From positions 5,598,399 to 5,662,398 of the forward strand of contig MU053934.1 of NCBI GenBank assembly GCA_013239625.1: a stretch of 64,000 nucleotides of DNA, written 5' to 3'. Numbering within the stretch: the first letter of the stretch is position 1; the number at the start of each line of letters is the position of its first letter. A program made the translations under genes and the position numbers. The stretch comes from Lama guanicoe (taxonomy: Eukaryota). Positions 1 through 12,400 of the stretch are shown one piece after another. A model generated the notes under the pieces. The model saw only the letters and a program-made list of their open reading frames with translations, was not told where the DNA came from and ran no database searches.

Positions 1-2059
1 CAGGGGGCTTTTGCAGTTATGAGGACATTGTCTTCATGAGGTACATTTATCAATCAACAGATCCAGAGTGAGCAGCCACCAGTGTCCCACATGTGCAGGG
101 GTCATTCTGATGGCTGGTGTGTTTGGCATCATCTTTTTGCTCTGGCCCTTTCTCTGCAAAATAAAAACGAATAAAGGAAAATCTCCACCCACGTCTCTCT
201 GGATGCGCCTGTATAATTGCTTGGGCTTGGGTGTAGGGGTCAGGGTAGCGGTGGGCGGCCGAAAAGGAAGAGGGGTCATTTGGCTGTGGAATCCAGACCT
301 TGGTTCAGGCTGCATTTTAGAAGAAGAAGCAGGGGATCTGCTTGTCTAAACCCACAGGGAGGATTCAGTGACACAAAGGGAATTACTGTGAATTCATTAG
401 ATTGAAATTCTGCTGCTGGGTTTATTCTCAGGACTCAGCTTCCTGTCTTCTGCTCAAAAGCACTTGGCTGTCACCAGGGCCGACCCCCCAGGCCCCGGTT
501 CACATGTTCCCATCCTCACCTCCCCCGCTGAGTCACCGGTCACCTGGCTGGCTTCGTGGGGCAGCCAGAGCCTGCCTCTTGCTGCTGCTAAGATCCCGCG
601 TGAGCCACGTTGAGCAAGAAGATTACAGACGGGGCCTCTGGGCGGCGGCCAAGGCTGCTGCTTCTCAGCTTCTTCATACGAGGGGCCGGGAGCCAGGAGT
701 CCTGCAAGAAGCGCTCAGCAGATGTTGATGAGATAGTGGGAGCAAACTGCGAGCTCCTGACTTGTCCCGATGCATCCTTAAAGCAGGTGTATCAGCACAG
801 CCTCTTCTTGCTGGTTATTTTTCACTGCGGAGTTGCCGCAGGTAGCCTGTGTAGTGACCTTCTGGGCAGCTTTTGGGGTCTTGGGGAGCTCTTTTTAATC
901 ATCATCATTAGCTGTAGTATTTCCTGAGTGCATTCCACTCCACCCAGTGCACAGGGAGGTGGAAGAGGGTGGCGCAGGGGACGGAGCTGATGGATAGTTT
1001 TCCTTACTTGCTAACAGTGGGATCTCTAGGTGTTATGGGTAAGCTCCAAATCCATTTTAGATGCACATCCAACAAAAGAAAAAGATTCTTAGGGAAGCCT
1101 TGAGGCAACTCCTCAAGATTGATTGATTCCAGAAAAGGAGGTTTTTCTGCATCTGGTTTGCTTATGAAATGTTTCCCCAGGGTCTCTCTGCCTCACACCC
1201 GTCCCTGTCCTGGGAGAAATCTGGGAGAGGAAATAGATGAGATGGCCTCTCCCAGGAAACACAAGCGACCAAGTCTACAGGTGGGTGAGTGGGCGGGTGA
1301 ACAACCTGCTGAAGTCCCCAGTGACTCTCAACCCTGTATTGAAAACTGAAATTGAAGCAGAGTTGGTTGGGACAGGAAAGTGAGTGGGTGGTGATGTAAA
1401 CAGTGCAGAAGGGAGAGGATGGGGAGAAGCGGTGAAGTTGGGAGCTGGAGACAGAAAACAGGGCAGGGAGATTATCACCAAGGTTGAGGGAACTGTTACT
1501 GGCACATCACTCCCTCATCCTTACCCAGTAGTAACCTGAACACACTGGAGGAGCCACTGGATAAGGAGAAACACGTGACTTGGTGGTGGGAATGGTGGAC
1601 AGTTCACAGGGCTGGGGGGGCTCTGAGGAATTTTCCTTTGCTCCTCACTGAACCTGGGGCTGTGGGTAGTGGGAACTCCAGAGAACTGTGGGGACCACCG
1701 TGAGATACAGAGAGGACCCAAGAAGGCGGTGAAGGGGACACTCCTTTTTCCTATACCGTGTCCAACAAATACTGTCTTTCCCATTGGGCCCCGTCAAAGC
1801 AATCCCCAGACCCAGATCTACTCCCCAGAAAATACTTCCTCTCCAGCTGTGAGGATTCTGTCTCTAAAAGCCCTGTGGTAGAAGGATTGCACAGCCAAGG
1901 GACTTACTCCTAACTCACAGGTTAGCCAAACCAAAGTTACAAGTGAATGCGTGGAACCTTTCTACATACTGATATTCACTAAAGAAATAATGCCTAGATT
2001 GCCAAGTGAAGAGACTAGCGGTGGTATTTTTGTTTGTTTACTTCCTGCATCATCAGGTA

Positions 2060-3248
2060 TATATTTTTTTTATTGTGGTAAAATATATATTACATAATAA
2101 GTGAACTAGACACTTAAAAATAGTCAAGATGGTCGATTTTATGTGTATTTTACCACAATAAAAGTTATATACAAATTTAATGATATAAAATGTATTTGAT
2201 ACATATTTGAAATACATATGTGCTAAAGATTTATGCATATATAAATTTTATATATATAAAGTTTACTATTTTAACGTGTATAATTCAGTGGCACTAAGTA
2301 ATTCACATTTTTGTGCAACCATCACCTATCTCTGGAATTTTTGCGACTTCCCAAACTGAAACTCTATACCCATTAATCACTAACTCCTCATTCTCTCCTT
2401 CCCATCCAGTCCTGGGCAACCACCATTCTACTCTCTGTCTCTATGAATTTGACAACTCTAGGTACCTCATGGAACTAGAGTCCTATAGCATTTTTTCAAT
2501 CAGCATAATGTCTTCAGGGTTCATCCCTGTTGTAGCAGGTATCAAAGTCTCATTTCTTTTTGAAGCTGAATAATATTCCATTGTATGTGTGTCCCAGCTT
2601 TTGTTTATCCACTCCTCTGTCAATGGACATTTAGGTTAGTTCTACCTTTTGGCTATTGTGAACAATGCCAGGTACGAACATGGGCAGACAACCACCTGTT
2701 TGAGATCCTGCTTTCAGTTCTTCTGTGCGTACATTTAGAAGTGGAATTCCTGGATCACATGGCAATTCTGTGTTGAATTGTTTTCCGTAGTGGCTGTATC
2801 ATTTTACATTCCCACCAGCAATGCATGAGGGTTCCAATTTTTCCACATTCTTGCCAACAGTTGTTATTTACTATTAAAAAAAAGCCCATAGCTCTCCTAA
2901 TGAGTGTAAAGTGGTCTCATTGCGGTTTTGAATTACGTTTCCCTGGTAATCAGTGATGTTGCACATCTTTTCATGTGTTTATTGGCATTAGTCTATCTTC
3001 TTCAGAGAAACGTCCATTCAAGTCCTTTGCCCATTTTTTTTCTTTTTTCCTTTTTTTAATTGAAGTACAGTCAGTTTATAATGTTCAATTTCTAGTGTAC
3101 AGCACTATGTTTCAGTCATACGTACACAAACATATACTCTTTTTCATTATAGGTTACTACGAGATATTGAATATAGTTCCCTGTGCTATACAGTAGAAAC
3201 ATGTAGTTTATCTATTTTTTTCAGTTATGTATTTATGTATTTATGTAT

Positions 3249-3287
<39 letters not shown>

Positions 3288-4200
3288 TGTTTTTGGCAGG
3301 GGGGGTAATTAGGTTTATTTATTTAATTATTGCTATTATGTTTAGTGGAGTTACTGGGGATTGAACCCAGGACCTCATGCATACTAAGCCTGCGCTCTGC
3401 CACTTGAGCTATACCCTCCCCCTTTATTTTATATATAGTAGTTAGTATCTACAAATCTGTTTCTGTTTTGTAAATAAGTTAATTTGTGTAATTTCTTTAC
3501 ATTCCACATATAAGTGATATCACATGGTATTTTTCTTTCTCTTTCTGGCTGACTTCACTTAGTATGATGATCTCCAGTTCCATCCATGTTGCTACAAATG
3601 GCATTATTTTATTCTTTTTTATGGCTGAGTAGTATTCCATTGTATATATACCATGGCTTCCTTATCCAGTTATCTGTCAAAAGACATTTAGGTAGTTTCT
3701 TTGTCTTATCTGTTGTAAATAGTCCTCTGTGAACATTGGGGTGCACTTATCTTTTCAAATTAGAGCTTCCTCTGGATATATGCCCAGGAGAGGAATTGCT
3801 GGATCATATGATAAGTCTATTTTTATTTTTTAAAAGAACCTCAATGCTTTCAGCAAACTGCACTCCCACCCACAGTGTAGGAGGGTTCCCTTTTCTCCAC
3901 ATCCTTTCCAGCATTTATCATTTGTGGACTTTTTACTGATGGCCATTCTGACAGGTGTGAGGTGATTGTAGTTTTGATTTGCATTTGTCTGATAATTAGC
4001 GATATTGAGCATATTTTCATGTGCCTGTTGGCCATTTGTATGTCTTCACTGGAGAAATGTTTGTTTAGGTCTTCTGCCTGTTTTTGGATTGGGTTGTTTG
4101 TTCTTTTGTTATTAAGTTTTATGAGCTGTTTGTATATTCTGGAAATTAAGCCTTTGTCAGTCCTTTGCCCATTTTAAAATCGAGTTCCTTTATATTGTTA
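2060..4200 (-). mobile_element. Nested L1 stack: old L1 3' fragment containing a younger lineage-specific L1 3' end (about 3038-4158)
   Basis: L1 3'UTR/ORF2-end sequence. Target-site duplication agtcctttgcccatttt at 3021-3037 and 4159-4175. Confidence 0.85.
3225..3422 (-). mobile_element. Vic-1-type tRNA-derived SINE with (TTTA)n tail, inside L1
   Basis: Reverse complement reads GGGGAGGGTATAGCTCAAGTGG...GGTTCAATCCCCAGT, followed by AAACCTAATTACC. Confidence 0.85.
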
Positions 4201-5182
4201 GCAAAAATATTTTGCTTAACACAAATTAGTAATAATTTTTTATGCTTTATTACTAGGAAAACTTTTTTTTTTAACCAGGTTCTTCCTCCCTGCTGTTCAA
4301 AGAGATGTTTGGTTTTTTTATTTTTTCATTGAGCATCTGGCTGGAGAACCACACGTCCTCCAAAACCCCCTCCCTCTAGGCCTCTGATTTGCAACGAGTC
4401 AACCTGATCTGTGAGCTTGAGTTGAGGAGGTCAGAAAAAGCAAGGCAGCATCCCACCATGGTTGGTGAGAGCAGGCAAAACCTAATTTTATAATTAGCAG
4501 TGAGTTGCTAATTATACCTAAATACTGAGATTGTGGAAATGGGAGGTGGTGGTCATGGTGAGGGGGGAGGAGAGGTGATTCCCCTCTGAGGTGGGATTTC
4601 TGTTTGAACGGTGATGGGTAACCTGCCCTGGGTGCCCCAGCCTAACTCTCAGAGGACAACCAAGGGAAGAACTTTCCAGATGTTCAGAGGTGGGCTGGAG
4701 CAGCTGTCTCCTCCCTCGGTGCTGAATAGTGCTGATCTCAGGCTACACAAAAGGGCAGCATCTTTTGTTAAAAGAAAAAGAAAGGGTAATTTCAACTTTT
4801 TTGAGGTCATTCTTATGCCAAGCACTATGCTAAGTACTGTATTTATTTAGTAATACAATTCTCCTAACAACATTTTGCAGTAGACAGTCCTTTATGTCCA
4901 TTTTACAGATGGGTCAGTTATTACTCAGAGAGGTTAAGTGACTTGCCCCAGGTCACAGAGCTAGTGGCAGTGCCAAGTCAAACCCAGATGTGCTTGATTC
5001 CAAAGTCCACATGCTGTATTATCTCCCCTCAGATCACATCCTTATCCTCAAACTGGCCCCAGCCTCACCCCGCTCCCCTGCCCAATGATCATACCCTGGA
5101 CCTCACACTTCCTGGCCTTTGTGCTTCCCTGGCCTGAAGAACCCCTTCTCCTCTCCCAGGTGGAATTCCTGCTTACCCTCCT

Positions 5183-5630
5183 GTTGTGGGTGGAATTGAA
5201 TCCCCTAAAGAAGATCTGTTGAAGTTACAACCCCCCAGGACCTCAGAATGTGGCCTTATTTGGAAATAGGGTCTTAGGGATTTATCCAAGTCCAGGTGAG
5301 CGAGTCTTAATCAATATGACTAGTGTCCTTAAAAAAAAGAGGGAGTTTGGACACAGGGACTCAGGGAAGATGATCTGAAGATGCAGGGAGAATGCCATTT
5401 GAAGACAGAGGACCAGAGGGCTGCACCTACAAGCTAAGGAACACGAGGCCACCAGAAGCCAGGAGAGAGCTGCGAAACAGATCCTTCCCCAGCATCTTAG
5501 AGCAGGCACAGTCCTGCCCGGCCCTTGAATTTAGACTTCCAGCCTCCAGAGCTGGAATAAATGTCTGGTTTCCTAAGCCACTAGCCTGTGGTACTTTGTT
5601 ATGGTCGGCAGCCAGGGAGTAACTGACACA
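5183..5630 (+). mobile_element. MaLR (MLT1-type) solo LTR
   Basis: TG...CA ends, cagaatgtggccttatttggaaataggg motif, aataaa near the 3' end. Confidence 0.8.
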
Positions 5631-7359
5631 CCCTCTGGACCCACTGATGAATTCTCATCTGGGAGGACCTAGCCTCTCCCGAGGAGGATCTATCGCTCTG
5701 AGCAGTTCTGCCTCCTCCCCTGAGTGTAAGCTGCCCCTGCGTTGGGGGCTGTGTCTTAATCACTCTTGATTTCTCTGCCTCTCACGGGGTGCCCGCCCAG
5801 CCCCAAAGCTCAAGTGATCAAGGATTCTAAAATAAATGCATCATCCATAGCAAGCACTGGAGAACCAGGGCTGGGAGGCTCAGCAGCCATCTTCCAGGCC
5901 AGCCCATGTGGGCAACGTTGTGCGGGAGGCTCTGAGAAGGCCCGCAACGACCCAAGAACTGGCCAAGCAAATCCAGTGTTCATCCCTCAGCCACATCTGT
6001 TTCCAGCGCCCTCCTTTTAGCTGTTTTCTCTCTTCAGAAATACTCTGCCCTCTCTCTCCCCGGAAGGACTGTGCGGTAAGTCCCTAGACTAGGTCACACT
6101 GTGGCCCTGGCTAGTGACTTCCTCTCCCGTTTCCTCATCTGTAAAATGCGGAGAACTACACCTACGTCATGGGGCTGCTGGGATGATTAAATGAGACACT
6201 GATATGCCACTGAGGGCTCCTCGGGGCCACCTTAACCTGAAACACCCACATAAACCCACCACAGCCTCCATCCTGACCTGCTGTTGGCAGGCCAGCCCCT
6301 TCTCAAACTTCTCGGTGGTGGCCTTGGGCTGGTCCTGGGTGTCACCTGCCGCCCCTGGCTCAGATCACTGCCGCACCACCTCCCCAGGCTGCTCCAGCTC
6401 TCCCTCTGCAGGCGGCTTCCCCCCAAGGCAGCCAGGGCCAGCTCAAGCCAGCCTGCAACGGTGGGGCTCAGGATGTCATAATGGGGAAGGGTGGGAGGGG
6501 AGAGCCCAGAGCCAGAAAGGACTGAGTCGGCGAGGGGCCTGGGGATTCTGCCGCCTGTCTGTCTGTCGTGCCAGGTCATGGGGACATAAGATCATGGTGG
6601 TCATTAGAAACTACAGCTGGCTGGGGCTGAGGCGTGACCATCCCTTTTAGGGGAAGCAATCGCTCCCTAGTTTGCTGCAGTCCCCACCACTCCATACTGC
6701 TAAAACTCAATCTGAGTCACATTTGTTAAGTCTGGCTCCTGGAAGCGTTTATATTGGTGACCCTTGTCCTGGAGCAATAAGAACTATTTTGCAGAGGAAT
6801 TTTTAGAAGGTGATTTTTCTTTCTGCTAAATACAGAAAGCACTTGACACTATGTCTAGCATTTAGTAAATATTAGTTGTTAATTATTATCGCTTTTCCCT
6901 TCTTGTCCTTCATTAACTTCCATGGGTTGCTCTAAACTCTTTCCCTTCTTCTCTGGTTGATTGCAAATAAAAGCCCTGCCCCCTGCCCTGTGGTTTCCTC
7001 CATCTGGTTTGACGTCTCCTCCCCTGTGTCTGCTTGAATCCTACCCACCCTTCTACTCCACCTCAGTTCCCTGGTTCTCCACGAAGCTCCCCAGCCCTCT
7101 CTAGCCTCCCATGAGTTACTCATTCTCTGGATTCCTGTCCAACTGCCCAGCCACGCCACTTACGAGATGGCTAATCTTGCTCTGTCCTGTGACTTGGGGA
7201 GTTATTTACCTGAGTTTTCGCCTTGTCTCTCCAACTCGACTTGTGGTTAGGGAGGTGTATTTCTTCCCATCCCAGCAGTTTTTACACATTGCCTTGCATA
7301 CAGTAGGTATTCAATACATAATTTTTTCTTTTTCTTTCACTGTTTTATCTATTTATTGT

Positions 7360-7490
7360 TTTATTATTTAATTTGGGAAGAGGGCTGATAATTAGGTTTA
7401 TTTACTTTTAGAGGAGGGACTGGGGGTTGAATCCAGGACCTCGTGCATGCTAAGCATGCACTCTGCCACTTGAGCTATACCCTCCCCCCC
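7360..7490 (-). mobile_element. Vic-1-type SINE
   Basis: tRNA-like head with A/B boxes and the AAACCTAATT tail. Confidence 0.85.
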
Positions 7491-8082
7491 ATAATTGTTA
7501 ACTGATCACTTGATCATTTCTTCCTAGAAGGCGGCACCACCTTTTGTTTTGTCTGTCAAGTTCACCTTCCTTTTCTGGGAACTGTCTACTGTCCCTCCAC
7601 CTCCCCCTCCACCCTGATGGTTACAATGGAAGCATTATGTCTCCACTGTGAACTCCCCCTCCCCACCCATTCCCTTGTCTCTGACCCCAGAGAGGAACGT
7701 ACAGAGAACGGCTCACCAAGTTCCGAGTTCCGGGCAGACAGCAGCAGTTACGCCAACATCTACTGGGCAGGTGCCAGGGACTTGCTCACGTGCCGCACAG
7801 ACTTTTTGTTCAAGTTCACTAAATGCATACAAGACCCTTAAAAGGTAGGTAACATTATTATTACCCCCATTTTACAGAAGAGGGGGCTGAGGCAGACCTC
7901 CCATCTGTTCTGTTCTGTTCTTTCTCCAGTGTGGAACCTAGATTTCTCACACCCAGGGCTCTCTGTTGTCTCCTCACCAGTCAATCTCTCCTCATCTCCT
8001 CCTGCCACCTCACAGCACAGCCCCGTGTTCCCATCTCCACACCTTTCCTTCTGCTCTTTTCCTTGCCTGGGAACACTATCTC

Positions 8083-8550
8083 CTTTTTTTTTTTTAATTT
8101 AATTGAGTTATAGTCAGTTTACAATATTGTGTCAATTTCTGGCGTACAGCAGCACAATTTTACAGTCATACATGAATATACATACATTCATTTTCATATT
8201 CTTTTCACCATGAGCTACTACAAGATCTTGTATATATTTCCCTATTCTGTACAGTATAAACTTGTTTATCTATTCTATATACACCTGTCAGTATACACCA
8301 GTCTCGAAATCCCAGTCTGTACCTTCCCAACTCCCTTCCCCCCGCAACCACAAGTTTGTGTTCTATGTTTGTGAGTCTGTTTCTATTTTATATGTAAGCT
8401 CATTTGTCTTCTTTGTTTTTAGATTCCACATATGAATGATAACATATGGTATTTTTCTTTCTCTTTCTGGCTTACTTCACTGAGAATGACATTCTCCAGA
8501 GACATCCATGTTTCTGCAAACAGCACTATGTTGTCGTTTTTTATGGCTGA
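8083..8550 (-). mobile_element. Lineage-specific L1 3' end
   Basis: Poly(T) followed by aattgagttatagtcagtttacaatattgtg..., shared with the 3050 and 48730 copies. Confidence 0.8.
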
Positions 8551-8974
8551 ACAGATCCTTTTTTTGCCTGAGTAACTCCTACTTAATCTTTCAGACAAAG
8601 GTTGGGAGCACCTCTTCCAGGAAGCCCTTCTTGAATAGCCTCCTCCTTCTCCGATGGGGAAATTGCTATTATCTCTCCACCGGGCCCGAGGCTGCCCTCC
8701 AGGACTGTACTCATTACACAGCAATTCCGCACTCTGTTGACTTACCCATGCCTCCATAGACCCCGGGCTCCATGAAGACATACAGTCCAGGGTTCAGAAC
8801 AGGGCAGACACATAGTAAGGCCCAGAGTGAAGGTGAAAATAACAAATCCACGGTGTCACATTCATGCCACCAGTGGATAAACTGTGCCTCTTACGAGCCT
8901 CGCAGAGCCTCAGGGGAGTGAAGCCCCAGAAAACCTACAATGTGCATCACTGGGCTGAAAGTGGCAGAGTCAGC

Positions 8975-9600
8975 CAGACAATAGCCAGCGCTGGTGAGGA
9001 CATGAAGAAATTGGAGCCCTCAGTCACCGCTCGTGGGGAGGTAAGATGGTACAGCCACTGTGGAAAGCAGTTTGGTGGTTCTTCAAAAAGTTATAGAGTT
9101 ACCATCTGGCCCAGCAATTCCTCTCTTGGGTGTCTACCTGAAGACTTGTATACAAACATTCAGAGCAGCATTTTTCATAACAGCTGAATGTCCATTAACT
9201 GATTAAATGATAAACAAAATGCGGTAAATCCATTTGATGGACTATTATTCAGCAGCAAAAAAGAACAAAGGACTTAGACACACTACAGCATGGATTGACC
9301 TTGGAAACATTATGCTAAAGGAAAGAAGTCATATTTCATTTATATGAAAATGTCCAAAACAGGAACATCCATAGAGACAGAAAGCAGATCAGTGATTGCC
9401 AGGGGCTGAGGTGCAGGTGCAGGTGATTGCCAGGGGCTGCTGGCAGGGACAGGGTTTCTTTTTGGGGCAATGAAAATGTTCTGGAATTAGGTGGTGGTGA
9501 TGGTTACACAACTCTGTGAATATACTAAAGACTCCTGAATTGTACACTTTAAAAGGGTGAATTTCATGATATGTAAATTCTATCTCAATTTAAGAAAAAT
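8975..9600 (+). mobile_element. Old L1 (L1MB-like) 3' end
   Basis: L1 3'UTR motifs: ggtacagccactgtggaaagcagtttgg, gagacagaaagcagatcagtg. Confidence 0.8.
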
Positions 9601-9678
9601 GGCAGGGTATGCAAAGCTGAGGGAGGCAGAGCCTGAGGGACAGGGTGGGGCGAACCGTTGGTAATAATAAGAAAGGTT

Positions 9679-9820
9679 GGGGGGAGGGTATAGCTTAGTG
9701 GTAGCGTGCATGCTTGGCATACACAAGGTCCTGGGTTCAATTCCCAGTACCTCCTCTAAAAATAAACAAACATAATTACCTCCCCTCACCACAAAAAAAA
9801 AAGAAAAAAAAAAAAAAGAA
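9679..9820 (+). mobile_element. Vic-1-type SINE
   Basis: ggggagggtatagcttagtggtag...ggttcaattcccagtacctcc, poly(A) tail, aagaaagg target-site duplication. Confidence 0.9.
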
Positions 9821-10319
9821 AGGCTAACAGTTATCAAGTGCCGGCTTTGGGATGGCACTAGGCTAAATATTTGGCATAAATTATCCTATTTAATCTTCAT
9901 GGTGACTCTATGAGGCAGGTTCTATCATCAGTCCCATTTTACAGATGAGGAAATTGAGGCCCTAGAGAGATTGTCACCCACCAATCGAAGGGACCTCTAG
10001 AGCTAAAGCCTGTCTGGCCGCAAAGCTGTGCCTCATGTATGGGACCAGCCAGAGGACAGAATTAAGTCCCAGAACAAGGACAGAAGATGCTATGAGAGGC
10101 TGGAGAAGCCTTCACTTCCCATTGGGAATTCAGGGCATTTGGAAAGGATTTTGAAGGTAGACAGAACTTTGACAGGCAGAGATGGGGAAGTTTCAGGCAG
10201 GCAGGAAAAACCTGAGCGCATACGTAGAGGTGGGGAAAGCTAGGTGTGTTTAAGGAACATTGCTGACGTTACTGGGAACACCCCAACAAGACACATGCCC
10301 CTTCTCCCCCCAGGGGATG

Positions 10320-12400
10320 GGTCACGATTAGTCTAAGCCTATTGGACAAACTTACTTCCCACTTTCCCAGTCTCCCTTGCAGTGAAAGTTAACATGTGAC
10401 CGAGTTTTCAGGAGGAGAGATGTGTGCAATGTGTCACTCGGTTTGGTATTTGACATCTTCATTTGGAATGCTAAGATGCAATATTGTCCACTTTGGGGAA
10501 AATGCAAAATTTTGTTCCCCTTTTACCTGTGTGATTCCTTAAGGAATATGTTTAAAACAAAACAAAAACAGGACTGAAACAGAAGTCTGCTCGGGGACTT
10601 CTGGGAAAAGTTTTGCTTTCCTGACCAAAGGACACAGATTCGGTTGGTACTGCCTGGGCTCTTCTTCCTCTCTCCCTGACTTAAATGCAGATGTGTTGTC
10701 TGGAGCTGCGGCCACTCTCTTGGGATCATGAGGTGACAAGAATGAAAACCAATGCTCTGAGGTTGATGCGTCAGGAAGACAGAAAGAGCATGGGTCCCCA
10801 AGGGCATCCCTGACTTGCTGAACCAACACCAGCTTCCACGCAATTTGTTTAAGCGACTGTTCTGTTTACCCTCCTAATAACATCCTAAACTCCCAACCTA
10901 AACCTTCCTAGTTTAGGAAATGTGGACCCCACCCCCAGCTCCGTGGATGGGCCCCGACTGGTTCTAGCCAATCACCGTATCCCATCTTCCTGGCCTTGGT
11001 GGTTCATTCAGGGAGGTGAGAGCAACCAATGGGATGTAAGAAGTCATGAGCCAGGACTTCCAGGAAGGAGAGTCTTTATTCTCCTTTGTTCACATCTACT
11101 GGTAGGGCCTCTCCCATCCCCCTTCTAGACTTGACCTGAGAAGCACACCTCCATGAGCTGCTGGCAGCCACCTTGGGGTCATTAGGGCAAAGCCCTCCTG
11201 AGACTGGAGCCAGCTCAGACGAATCGGAGCTGAAAGGAAGAGTGTGAGGGGCAGCAGACACCGCCACAGTCAAGCTTTGCCTAAAGCTAGGGTACTCTCG
11301 AACTGTTTCATTATAGGAGCCAATAAATCCCCTTTATTTTAACAGCCGCTTCAGTTAGGTCTTCTATTAATTGCAACTAAGAAGTCCTGATAAGAACAAT
11401 ATGAACATTTTAAAGATTAAGGTGGTGTCCTGGTGTTTTGGGCTGACTCATCATCCCCCCAAATTCACATGTTGAAGCCCTAACCTCATGCAATGGAACT
11501 TGGAGATGGGGCCTTTGGGAGGTCCTTATGTGTAGATGAGGTCATGAGGGTGGGGTTTTCATAATTGGATTAGTGCCCTTATAAGAAGAGACACCAGAGA
11601 GCTGGCTTCTCTCTCTCCACATGCACACTCCAAGGAAAGGCCGTGTGAGGACACAGTGAGAAGGCAGCTGTTTGCAAGCCAGGAGGAGAGCTCTCCCCGG
11701 GAACTAAATCAGCCGGCACTTTGATCCTGGACTTTCAGCCTCTAGAACTGTGAGAAATAAACGTCTGTCGTGGAAGCCACCCCGTCTACGGTATTTTGTT
11801 ATAACAGTCCAAGCTAAGACGTCAAGAGGTAAGAGCCCTTTTGGTTGTAAATGACAGAAATCCAACTCAATTTATTTGAGAAAAAAAAAAAACACGTTCT
11901 GGCCTTTTAAGTGGAAAAGTTCAGGGCTCACGAAGGCTTTCAGTCACGACTGGATCTAACAGCTCCAGCTCTGCTGTCAGGACGGACTCTCCCTTCCTCT
12001 CTCCCTCACACCCTTTCTCTCTCCATCACGTGGCTCAGTCTTCCTCTCTGTCGGCCTCCTTCTCAAGGGATGTCCCCTGAAGTGGCAGCAAAGATGGTCA
12101 CCAGCAGATGTGTGAAGCCACGCTGCCCTCACGGGCAGCAGCTCCAGGAATTAACCAGGATTTCGGTCCTGTTACCTGATGTGTCCTCATCACCTTCTCC
12201 CCAAAAAAGCTTCTGGGTGGTCCCGTGTGAGTTACAGCCCTTCCCACGTCCACACAACCAAGCATGAGAACTAGGAAACTGGGGCAGTCTTGTTGGCTAG
12301 TGTAGATCACACGTTCACTCTAGTGGGCTCGTTTCACTGGCAGCCCCATGCTGTGTGTGTGTGTTGTGGTTCCTAAAAGAAAAAGAGACCTTAGCTTACC
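10320..12400. mobile_element. Cluster of MaLR (MLT1) LTR fragments, including a near-complete LTR at about 11433-11820
   Basis: MLT1 motifs such as cttcagcctctagaactgtgagaaataaa and ttttggttgtaaatgacagaaatccaactc. Confidence 0.7.

Noticed and set aside
600..930. RPS25 processed pseudogene
   Set aside because: Only scattered weak similarity; no poly(A) tail or target-site duplication seen.
7691..7844. Plus-strand exon with a good acceptor and AAG|GTAGGT donor
   Set aside because: The 3' part and the donor belong to a MIR element, and the translation is not recognisable.
9679..9755. tRNA genes (also at 3350, 7420, 20640, 43335, 46670, 51020)
   Set aside because: These are tRNA-derived heads of Vic-1-type SINEs with A-rich tails and target-site duplications.
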